Positions 52,901 to 64,000 of a stretch of DNA of 64,000 nucleotides are shown piece after piece. The position numbers and the translations under genes were made by a program. A model generated the notes under the pieces. The model ran no database searches. It was not told where the DNA came from and was given only the letters and a program-made list of their open reading frames with translations. The stretch is from Psammoneis japonica (Eukaryota): NCBI GenBank assembly GCA_008632985.1, contig QPGO01000023.1, positions 403,266-467,265 of the forward strand, given 5' to 3'. The number at the start of each line of letters is the position of its first letter. Positions within the stretch are counted from its first letter, which is position 1.

Positions 52901-55900
52901 ATCCAAGGTTCAGTTTCACCGTGATTCCACTTATGATCCCTCTCCGAACTGGATCGCGCTTGCCTGTGTGTGGCAAAAGTCGAAGGGCAGACCTCATTTT
53001 TTTGCAGAGCTGATGGCTGTGAACCATGTTGTTGCAAAGGAACTTGGGTGCAAGAGCTTGCTGCACTTTCTTTCCGCAAAAGGATGGAGTTGTTCCAGTC
53101 AAGGCGCCAAACATCCTCATGTGTTGGAGTGTCGCCGTGCTCCCAAAGCAGAGGATGCGAAAGTCGTCGGCGACAAGGCAAAATCAGACGCGTTCCAGGT
53201 CCAGGTGGGACCTCGCACTGCTGAACTGTGACATCGACAGTTTTTTGAATCACGTCGCATGTCGCACACGTAGATTTCTACGTGATTTTTTCAATGTTTT
53301 GTGTCATTTTACGGTGCACTTGTTGAGCGATCCGTCCAACAACTTTTGACATTTTTTGTTGCAGCGCGATTCTATGATGTCTTGAGAATCGCGTGGGGCA
53401 GGCGCATTTGCAAAAACATCAAGTGGTGAGAGGCACAATTGCACCACAAACTTGGCCGTTCATTTGATGTTGAAGACAAATGTGTCCATCAACTGAATTC
53501 TCACACTGCAGAGCTTGCACGTAGAATTCTGCGGGCCCAATGTCACACGGAGTCCCACCTGGGGCTGGAACGCGTCATCAACAGACATTGCAACCAACAT
53601 GATGGCAAAGATTTCCATGTTGCACAAGCTTCTCCATGATCCCGGATTGTGCGACCCAAAGGGAGAGCCACTTGTCAAGCACACCAAGCTGAGAAGTTTT
53701 GAAGGGAAGGTTTTGCGTTACGTGCAATGCCTTCACATTGGTTTTTTGATTCTTTGTGACAAGATTCCACCATGCACACCTGAAAGGAATGGTGATTGCG
53801 ATCATTGGCTGCACTCCCTGTTCGGTGAATGTGATGAGACATCAACTTGCATCAACTTTTTGGAGAATTTCCTGGCTCTTGGTCACTGTGAGATGACCAA
53901 AGAGGAGTGCCCCATGTCCTTCCCTGAATTCAAAAGTCGTTGTTCCGCCAACACAAACATTCTTGGGAAAAGCCTGTGCGACTGGCGATGCTCGATGTCG
54001 AGCGAGAACAAATGTGTGCAACACATGTTGATGAGACTCTTTTAAGATGTGTGAAAATTGATTGTGTGGTTTCTGCCGCTGATGATTCCGGCAAAAGCAA
54101 GGCTGCAAGGGATCGTTTTGAGGCCATGTGGAAAGCCAGGCTTTGTGACTTTGCCACTCAGTGCAAGAAGAAAGAAATCGGCAATGCAATTCCATCCGTT
54201 ACGAAAAATGCTCGGAAACGAAAAAATCCAAATGGCATGAATCCATCACATTGTTTGATTGATTGTTTGTGCTCCTCTTCTTGTCTCTAATTCTTCCATT
54301 CTTCTTGCCACCTCTTTAGCCGCCTCCCTTTGCTCCTCAAGCCCCAGTCTCAAAAACCCCAAAGATGGTGAACCTTCTGATGTTTCTCAGAACGAATCGC
54401 TGATTCTCCAACATGTGCCGACTCTCAAGGAACAATTTGAACATTCCCGAACAAAGTGGCCGACCCTCGGCACGACTCATCAGTCGCCTCCTCCTCTGCC
54501 AGACAATTTCACAAAAGAAGAGCTTGTGAAAGTGTTTCCTGAACCATCTCCGTTTGCGATTCCGGGTGAGGTGAAGTCACAACATTCTCACCTTGTCATC
54601 TTTGAGGAAACCCCCATTTCCGGTTCCTTCAAGGGGAACTGTGTCAAGCACCAGTCATTCCACAGCATCTCCGATTTCTGCTTGGTGAATCACCTCCGCA
54701 AGTTTGTGCATGGATTTGAAAACGGCACAGCTCCCAATGATCCGATGCAAGAATCGATGGCTGCGATTGCTTGCCCAACCCAGCCAACCTCTCATTTTTC
54801 TGACATGGTCACTTGTTTGTGACACACGGACAAGATGTGTCAGAAATGCTTTTTTGGATTGCCAGTCAGTGTGTCGTCGACACTCCATGCAGTGTTGGAA
54901 CATGGCGAGCAGAACGAAAAAAGGGATGGACCAGAATGCAAGTTGCGCTGTCGGATCTGTTTTGGTTGTTGTGGCCAGAATTACGAAGTTGTGGACGGTG
55001 AGTTAGCTGAAGTGGGACCTGCTCACAAGCCTGGTGCTGTCTTTGGCAGGGACAAGTGGGAGAAGCTTCCAAAGGATGTGCAGGCAATGACAGCCTCAAT
55101 CTTGGATGCCACGCAACTCTGCGAGGACGAAATTAATCTTGTTGCATTGAAAGAAATGCGTTCCTTCCATGACCTGCACCGTGACAGTCTTTTCGCGGCT
55201 GAGCTCTGTAAGATGGTTGGAGCCAAGCACATTGGAAGGGAAGGCGTGGAAATTCAAGTTAAGTGCATCTTGTCGTCCGGCAAAAAATCCGTCAATTCGA
55301 AAACTGAGCTGCACATTGACAAAGAGGATTGTGACATGGATGGGTGCACCAAGACTGGTGCTCTTTGCTCATCACTGCGAGACGCTGTTGGTTGCTCTTG
55401 GTCGTTGAAGGTCATCACTGCATCCAAAGGCAATGCTGGAAACTGTGTCAGTTCGGCACATGGGCATGCCGAGTTCCGATCGCGTGTGCATGGTCATTTC
55501 GCAAAACTTGATCTGTCACATGCTGCAGCAATGATGAGACACCGTGGCCCTTGTCGTCCTCCGTCGGGCAAGCCAACCCACAGAAACATCAAAATTTTTT
55601 TCCTTGACCCTCACTCTGCGTGGGTGGAAGAGGAAATTGGCAAGCCAAATCTTCTGTCCAACACAATTTAGTGTCCCGTCATTGTCATGCCGAGGAAACG
55701 TCCTCCGTTTGCCATCGTGAAGGACCCCAATTTCTCGTGCGGTTGTTCGGCAATCATCGACAACCTCGATGAGGTTGGTGCACACGATTGCTTTCGTTGC
55801 GCCGTTGTGGCTGGGTGTCAATCCGGATTCTCCCGTTTTTGCCGCTTGTTGTGCAACACAGATGCTGTGAAGCGTCCTTTTGTGGCTGGCGATCGTGCCC

Positions 55901-58405
55901 TTCATTGCTTCAGAGAAGCCATGAGGCTGTTCGGCAGCATTGCGGGGGATCGCAATGACCAACGCATGCAGAGCCTGGGACTCAATTTTGAGGAGGTTCA
56001 TGTGGCAGAGTGCGGGACGAAACTCAACGGTTTGATGGATTTGCTTGTTGGCAGACTGGTTGTCATCATCGACTGGATCAATGACAATGTTGGCAAGCCA
56101 ATGTTCAACCACAAGGCGATCGAGGATGTGTTTCAAACCGTGGTCCAAACATGGGATCACACAGGTGCTGATTGTGGAGAGTTCAGATGCATGAACTCTG
56201 TGCAGACATTGATGCTGTGTGGCACAGGGATCCATCCTCACCCTGACCTTCACAATCTTGTCTGTCCGGCAGCCAAGTTGGGAGCGGCGAAGCAAATGGA
56301 GGAAATGAAGGTCCCGGTGGAGGAGCGCGATTTACTCTTGGAACAGATGGAGGGTGATTTTGATTTGGAAGACTGTGGAAAGAATGGTCCAGAGTCTTTG
56401 CTGTGTGACCTGAGTGCAGCTCGTGAAAAGATGGGAATCTGCGATGTCTTTTGTTGCGGACAGCATCTGTTGCTCTTGTTCTCTGATGGGCAATCAATGA
56501 CCAAGCGGTTTGGAAGGTGTGAATGGGAGCCAGCCCCATTCGTGTCGATTGATGAAGTTCGAGCCGAACTGGAATGGCAAAGAGAGGTCACTTTTTCGTG
56601 GCAATCACATTTGTTTTTTGTCTGATTGTGCCAACATTGTCACATTGATTTCTCGTTCTAACAGGAAGAAGGCCGCCGGTGATTTGTTGTCATTCACAAT
56701 GAACAAAAGTGATGATTGCAAGGAGGAGTCAATTGACAAGAAAACAAGCAAACTTCCAACTGCTTGCATGGGTGAAGAGGACAAAAGCGAAGAGCCTGTT
56801 GACGATGAGCACAACCAAGTTGCACATTGCTCCAAGGGTGAAGAGGACCACAGCGACTTGGGAGATTGTTTTGCAAGTGATGAAACTGACGGGGAAACAC
56901 ACAATGTGCCATGGTTGGGGATGACCCGTCCACTCAATGCAAGGCAACTGTCTTCTCAAGAATTGTGCTCTGAGAAGGGGGTGGCCTCAGTGTTGTCCGA
57001 CCAACACAGGCGAGATGAGGCCCGCGCAATGGCATTTGAGGAATCTAACAAAACAACCACAAATGTCATTCTGACAGTTTCTCTCCAAGACGGACATCCT
57101 GATCTGCACTTAAATTGCAATGTGAAAGCAAGAGATTTCGTCAAGAGAGTCAAGCAGCAGTTTGAGAAACTTGTTGATTTCGACAATCATGGGTTCGACC
57201 AAATCATGTTGGACTGCTGCTGGATCCCAGATGGAGAGTGGCACGACAGTCGTTTTGGGACGACTCAATTTTTCCAAAATCCAATTGATCTTTGGGCCTT
57301 GCTCTCCAAAAACAAAGAAGGGGGGGACACAGTGATTCCCTTCACTCTTGCAACCTTCTTCCAGGTTGTCAAACAATGGAAGAAATTGTCAGCTGTGTTC
57401 GACACATGCACAATGGACAAGGATGCTGCAAAGAGCTGTGCGAGCACATTCTTTGCAAGCAACCTTACAACCCAAGAACAACAAGAACAGTGGTTGGGAA
57501 AGCCTTCCAATCAGGAAGAAGCTCATCTTGGAGTTTCCCCAAAGAAGACATCAGAATGAAAGCAACGGAAGGTGCTTGCACCGCACTGCTTCACGTGCAC
57601 CGCAATGACTTTGCCAATTCTGAAAGGATCAAATTCATCATGTTTGCGAGAAAGAGTTGGGCAATCACTGTGAGTGAATGACAGATTGACACGTGCACCC
57701 CATTTTAGAAACAAATCTGACCAACACTTCCTTCTGTCCTGTGTGGCCCAAACAAGTGGGGCCTTTTCTTGTGCTTCCACTGCTCCTGGACATTCTTCAC
57801 AAACCAAAACATTGTCCCCAATTGCTTTGACAGGGACAACCCGCAACTTGGGTGAGTGCTGAGTCTTCTCAGGCATTGAAAGCAAGTTGTTTTGTTTGTG
57901 ATCAAGCTGCCAGCGACTGACCAAGTCTGCATGCTGATGCTGTTGCCTCACAGTTCTCTGGTCAATGTTGACAGGGCCTTCATCAAGACTCATGCTCGTC
58001 ATCCTTGTCTTGTGGATGAGAAGGGAAAAGAAGAACAACACGCAAAAAATGGCGGGAAAATGGCAAACATTACATTGTCTTCCAGATTTGGATGACTCTC
58101 ATGGGTGTGACGTGTCTGCATTTTGATTTTTTATCTGGCATTTGCAGCGAACATTGTTCTTTTTTATTTGCTGTCAAAATGAAGGATGTTGTCTCCGTTG
58201 GAACGCAATGACAGCCACATCAAAAAGCAAGTTGGGCTGTTCATTGTTACACACAAACATGTTTTCAAATTTCAATGTTGCCGACAACAATTTGTGCAAT
58301 GTCACAGAGAAAAATGGAGTGGCTGGCTGTCTCAACACGACCCAGACGACGGTTGCACTGTCAAACAGCAACGCTGCTCTCATTGTTGCCGTGCAAAGAT
58401 CAAGA

Positions 58406-59724
58406 TGTCGTCTCCAGCACCACCGGCAAAGAAGAGAAAGAAAAATGAGACTGTCAAGCCAATGAGCCCGAGACTTCAGGCAGTGTTGAAGAGAACAGGT
58501 GCGCAGGCAGTGCATGGTGCATTGAAATCAGAAGCAGAGAAGGTGGCTGGAAATGATCTCTTTCCACAAGTGAAGTTTCTCAGTCCATCAGAGCTGGCAA
58601 GCAATGGGAGCGTCTCAATGTTTGTCAAGAAACAGATTGCTGGTGGCAACATGGACACTTCAAATTGGTCAGGAACTTGGGAGGAATGGGCAAAAAAGGC
58701 AGTAAAAAGGCAAATTGACAATCGCAGAAACACGGTGTGTTCGGCCATTGGGGCGGAGGCAATGGCCCGCAAGTCAAGTGACCAATGTGTGTGACTCGAG
58801 AGTTGCGTGCATCTCACAAGAAGATGACGGTGATGCTTTGTCTGTGTGGGCGTTGTCACTGAGGAAGAGGGAAAGGAAAAAGAAAAGAAACTCAAGGCGG
58901 CAGTCAGGAGGAAAAAGCAAAACAGGAAAAAGTCAAGCCGTGACAAGAATGAAGAGAATGACATCCCGTTTGTGCCGACATGGGATCCGTTCAGCCTGGA
59001 CACTGTCACCGGCGGCAAACGAAGGAACAAGCAGGCACGCAAGTGGTTCTGTGATCACATCCCACCTCAAACCAAGCAAAAGCAGGCATGGAGTCGCACC
59101 GTCAAAACTGGGAATGCACAGGTCTCACAGTTGTTTGTGGCAGGTGACGAAGCTTTGGCGCCATCAGCCATGGAGAATTGTTGGCAGGTGTGGGCACACA
59201 GGAACAAGGAGGAGGCGGTGGAAGAATTGGGTGAGGAAATGGAGCCCGAAGAAACAAGGCCTGCCCCTCAGCACACGAAGCCAAAGAAACAACGAGAGTC
59301 TTGGGGAGATGACGGAATCATTCGGTTCAACGATTCATGCAAAGAGGTGACAAAAGACAGAGACTCCAAGGAGGGCAAGGAGTTTGAAAAGTGGCACGAG
59401 GAGATCAAGAAAAGCGAGTGCAAGAAGTCCGGAGAAGCAAAAAAGAAGAAGAAGACAGCGCCGACCGGTGATGCGGAGAAGGTGAAGGCAATGAACAGCC
59501 CAATGGTGGAGAGCAGCAGGGGTGACAACAGCAATGACGATGAGCAGGAGGAAGGAGCAAAAGGAAAAACAAATGACGGAGGAGATGAATCCGATGAAGA
59601 CAAGTCCAATGAAGACAAGTCCGATGATGATTGTCAGCTCAGTTTGAGAGAGTTGCAGCAAGAAAATGTGCACACAGTTGACACAGCACTCGGTCATTGC
59701 ACTGCAGATGTGACAAGGAATTGA
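58406..59724 (+). pseudogene. Transposon-associated accessory ORF remnant (DEA..hhEN.W ... W..DG..RFN type)
   Basis: LFPQVKFL...W, AGDEALAPSAMENCWQVW, SWGDDGIIRFNDSCKEV; resembles from memory a repeat-associated diatom protein type; not verified. Confidence 0.45.
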
Positions 59725-60099
59725 CTCAACTGATGAAATGTTTTTCTCGTTTAAAATGATGTTTGCGAAATTAACAAACCAAGGTTTGTGTGGCAATGCA
59801 ATCACGCATTGGCACATGGCAACAAGGTGGAGGCAGAAATGGTGATGTGGACATGGTGAAAAACAGCACACACAATTCTCAACAAGTTGTTGCAACATTG
59901 GTGCGCCAAACTTGCAACCAGAGGTTGGCCTGTCATCATGTGACAACAACATTTTGCAACATTTTAATGAATTGTCATCATGCAAATCTACACATTTTTA
60001 ACATTTCGTGCACTCTGATGGCCAAGAGATGTGTTGTCTTGTCTTGTGCTGCCATGACTCAGGAGCAACAAGCCTGCACCTTGCTGGGTGGCCCTTCAC

Positions 60100-63000
60100 A
60101 CACTGCAAATGCCTGAGTTTAACTTCCTTGTTGAGGTTTGTGGTTGAACACCACCAAAAACAAAGGACACTGCTTTGCAAATGGACAAGTGGTTTGGCAA
60201 AATGTGAGGATGTGCCAATGACAAAAGCAATGGTCAGTGCCACACTGATGACAAAAAGACTTTTGTCTGCTGTTCAGTGGCAATTTGAGTCTCAAGTTCT
60301 CCAGACAAATCTGCCAATGAACCCAAGCTGTCTTCCAAGGACTTTGCCAATGCACTTGGTCTAAATCCAAAAACCTTTTGTCAACAAATGAAGCAAAAAA
60401 ATTGCCAGAGTGGCCTTGATTGAGAACAAAAAAGACAATGTCATGTGGTCTTCAGTGCAACCCCACCCATTGGCATGCTCACAAAGTTTCCCCTGAGATC
60501 CTGCCAGAATGGTGTGCAATGCAGCAAGGCAATGGACATGCATGCATTGCAGGAGATCATGGTGAAATCTGCGCAACTGTTTTTGATCAAACATCATGCA
60601 AAATGCAACGTTGTCCTGTGGCAAAAAAACAGTGTTTGCACCATGAAAATTTCTGTTTGAGGATCAAAAATGGTGGCACACTCACTCAGCTCACAAACCA
60701 AAAGAATCGCAGTTGGATTTTGAACACAGAGGAATGTTCACCTGACAAGGCTGCAACCTGTCAGAGTGCCAATGGTGTGAGCAACAAGCCAAGGAGCTCC
60801 CTGCAAACCAGCGACATTGGACAACATGTGTGCCAGTGAAAAAGAGCAAGAGATGCAGATCTCAGCAGAGATCTGCTCACCCATCTAGAGTTCAGCATCT
60901 GTTGTCTTCAAACAGTCTGATGACCATGCACAGCAGTTGGTCTGCTGACATGTCCGCGGAGCCTTTGTGCATTGGTTGCGGTTGGAAAATCATCCTGATT
61001 CAGTGCAGTTGCCCAAAACTCAAGAGATGTGATTCTGTTGAAGAGGAAGAAGATGGAAGCAAAAAAATGAGCAAACAAGTGGTTGCACAACATGTCCATG
61101 CATCAGCTGCACAACAACATCATGTGGAAGCCTGTGGGTTCTGGAGGTTTTGAATTTGCCCATGACGCCAATGGCAAGACCCTCATTGGTGACACCATTT
61201 TTGCTTTTTGATTTGATTGGGCATTGGACAGATTCAAAAAAGGCTTTTAAATGAGATGCAGGTGAAGCAAAAATGGCTGAAGGCTGCAAGTGATGACCCT
61301 GAAATCTCTGACAACCATGACAGTGAAATCATGAATTTGTGGAAGATCAAACTGGCCATTGTCAACAAGAAGCGCTTGGCTCCAGCTCCAATCACCTTCA
61401 TCCCAAAGCATGAGATGCCACTGCATTCACCATTTGCAGCAACACAAATGGTCAGGATCACTCTCATTTGAAATGTGTGTTGGCTGAGTGCAACAATTGC
61501 CCACTCCATCTAACTCCATTGCTGGATGAACAGAACAAAAGTCCCAAAGGACCCCAAATTGTTTCAACGGCATTTGACTGTGATTGGTTTTTCCAAGCAT
61601 GGCATGTTCATGGAAGCATGTCCTGTTTGTGAGGCAGATCCAGGTGGAAATGAGGGTGCACAGCTCAAAAGAAGAATTTTGTTGACAAGGTTCCACAAAC
61701 CTGTTGGGGTGTTTGTGAAAGAGCAACGTGCTCCCAGTTTGAAGAAGCTGCGTTGCCATCTTGGCCAAGTGTCTGTTCTTGGGGGGAATGCATGGAAATG
61801 TGTCACAAACAGCATTTTCACATCTGCTGATTGCTCTGAGCATCTTCCATCTGAGATCAACAACCAAGGTCAAGGCAGCCATTGTGGCAACAGCCAATCA
61901 ATGTGTGCTGAGGGTGGAGTTTGCAATGTGATGATTGACAATGAGTCTAAAAAAATGCACCATGCGCATCTCTTTGATTTGTCCAAGCAAGATGCCACTG
62001 CATCCCAGATGGTTGTGCCAAACAGCACTGGCATGCTTCAGCAATGTGCTTGTTGTCTGTGTTTGCCCACAAATGCAAAGTTGTCTTTGAATGGCTGGAG
62101 CACCTGGACAGGGCAAATGCAAGGTTGATGAAATTAGAGCCTGCACCAAATTTGCCACATGTCAAGAAATGCAGTCTGCAACTGTTGCAGGAGCAAGCAG
62201 CAACAAGGACAAAAAATCAGAGCTGATGCTTTGGTCATGCAGTGGAGCACAGTGTCTTCTTGCAGGAGTGTTTGAAAATTCTTTTGGGGAAGAGAGTGCT
62301 TTTGGGGAAGTTGTTGGTGACAGAGGAAACATGCTTTGAGGGAATCCCACAAAAAGTTGAAAGAAGTCAAAGGGTGCATCAACTGCAAGACCCAAAGGAT
62401 GTTTCTGGTTCTTGCGCCAAAGTCAAGTTGCAAGGATTGGCGCAACTGTGTCAGTGCTGTTGTGGCATTGGTGCCATGTGCCATTTTTGATTAGAGCCCT
62501 TTTTCCCTGTTGGCTGGGTTGCCATGTGACACATTCCTTGTGCTTGTGATGGCTGCCCAGCTCAGCTCAGACAACCTTGGGCAAACAATGAGCACAACCA
62601 AGCAGCCTTGACATGCATCTGGCAACCAATCTCACAAACCCTGGCCCATCTTTGAGGGACTGAATGATTGGCAAGTTTGTCAGGTTGTTCAAACAACTGA
62701 GAGTGTTGCCAACAAGGCACAGTCAGTTCAAAAACTGGGATGGATTTTTGATTGAGGAAAAGGCAGAACAAGTTGTTGCAAACAGCTGTGCCGCCCTGTC
62801 TGGTGAATCTGAAAAGGGCTTTTTTCTGCTGCAACTGGATGAACTGCTGCCCAAAGCACAAGAAAATGCTGTGTGGAATGAGTTTGATCCACCTGCAAAT
62901 TTCAAGGCTGGTCAGTGGGTTTGCATGGGAACACATCCAACCAAGCCGTGCTCCAAGGGCCAGAGGATGGTGCTGCACTCCTGGAGATGCTGGGGAATGT

Positions 63001-63324
63001 CAAACAAGAGTTTTGCTCAAGCAAATTGCAGTTGCAAACATTTTGCTGAATGAACCACCAGGCTCTCTGCAAATTCCAAGGATGTGCAAAAGGAATGAGG
63101 CTTCACTTTTCAGCCCCCATCATTTGACTGAGGATGAGCATGAAGCCATTCTTGGTGCAATGCACCAGCATGAGTCACTGGATCATTTTGAGGATTGCTT
63201 GGATGATGATGATGAAGAGCACAGCAAGCATGAAGAGCCAGAGGAAGAGAGTGACAACAAAGCAGAGGAGGACAACAGTGGTGCGTGGGTGTGGGGGTGT
63301 TGGGGGGGGGAACAACAAAGCTGA
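60100..63324 (+). pseudogene. Degenerate DDE-type DNA transposase-like gene
   Basis: DCSEHLPSEINNQ...HCGNSQSMCAEG, HAHLFDLSKQDA, GAPGQGKCKVD (GHGK..D-like), HIPCACDGCPAQLRQPW; superfamily uncertain. Confidence 0.5.
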
Positions 63325-64000
63325 TGAGGAGGAACAACACGATGACTGGAAAATGAACAAGCACCATGATTGTCACTTTGCATCACCTGACCACCTGATC
63401 AGATGCACCACCCATGACACAAATGTGTGCTTCCAAAGTCACAGCTCACAAGCGTTCTGCTTGCCGACCCTCCGTGCTGTTTTGCCACATTTGGAATTTC
63501 AAACTGGCACACAGCGGCCAATTGTTTTGTTTGTCAGGGATTTGCAACACATTTCACCTCATGTTTGTCATTTCCAAGACACCAGTTCAGCCACCTGACA
63601 TCACTTGCTGGCATGAAAAATGGTGGTTGGAACCAAAGATCCACTCACAGCACAAGGCATTGCAGTGGTTGTTCACTGGATGGCACAAAATCATGCAGTC
63701 ATCATTGCAGGCTGTCACATCAATTTCACCACCTGCTTCCAAGGAAAAGGTTTGCTCCAAACTGCCTCAAAACTTCATTTTGGAGTTCCTTGGTGGGAAC
63801 TTCCCCCTTCAAACAGCTGCTCAGCATGCTCTTTGCAAGCAACACCTGGCTGTTGTCAGTTTCAACTCATTTGGCAGATGTTTCAAGGTGAGATGTGTGT
63901 TCATTCATTTCCAAGTTGCCGACAAAAGACAAAACACTGGCCAGGGACAAAAACACACAAGTGTCTTTGTTTCCTCTGCAAGAGGCAGCTTTGTGGGCAG

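Larger units (their letters stand above)
50260..64000 (+). mobile_element. Large decayed multi-ORF DNA-transposon-like region (TpA-depleted), continuing past the window end
   Basis: Series of + strand pseudo-ORFs (52.5-59.7 kb) followed by transposase-like remnants (~60.1-63.3 kb); termini not identified. Confidence 0.55.

Noticed and set aside
1..64000. Alternative genetic code (Tyr reassigned) as the explanation for Tyr-less ORFs
   Set aside because: Neighbouring intact genes use TAY codons and TAA/TAG stops normally, TA is missing in all frames, and the affected ORFs are broken

Overview
Eukaryotic genomic DNA, most likely from a diatom or other photosynthetic stramenopile. The evidence is short GT-AG introns, bipartite signal-peptide+Phe plastid presequences, a CYP97 and a CoDi-like Copia element. 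Gene-dense islands hold CWF19L2, PDS5, CYP97, an OTU-like protein, an HMG-box protein, an atypical SDR, MIOS/SEA4, a WW-WW-FYVE-ARM giant, a carbonyl reductase and a membrane protein. They alternate with five blocks of dead repeats/pseudogenes (~1-4.1k, ~18.1-24.0k, ~41.3-42.5k, ~44.0-48.6k, ~50.3-64.0k). The main observation is that TpA has been almost eliminated from these five blocks, replaced by TpG/CpA. Tyr codons have become Cys/His in recognisable Copia motifs. A duplicated gene fragment has 7 of 8 TA sites changed relative to its intact copy 7 kb away. Parts of the blocks keep CpG, so ordinary 5mC decay does not explain it. This points to a domain-targeted, RIP-like hypermutation process running opposite to fungal RIP (A:T->G:C at TpA). 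The last block looks like a large decayed DNA transposon whose cargo ORFs weakly resemble DNA-modification enzymes. All counts and alignments were made by eye and no searches were run.
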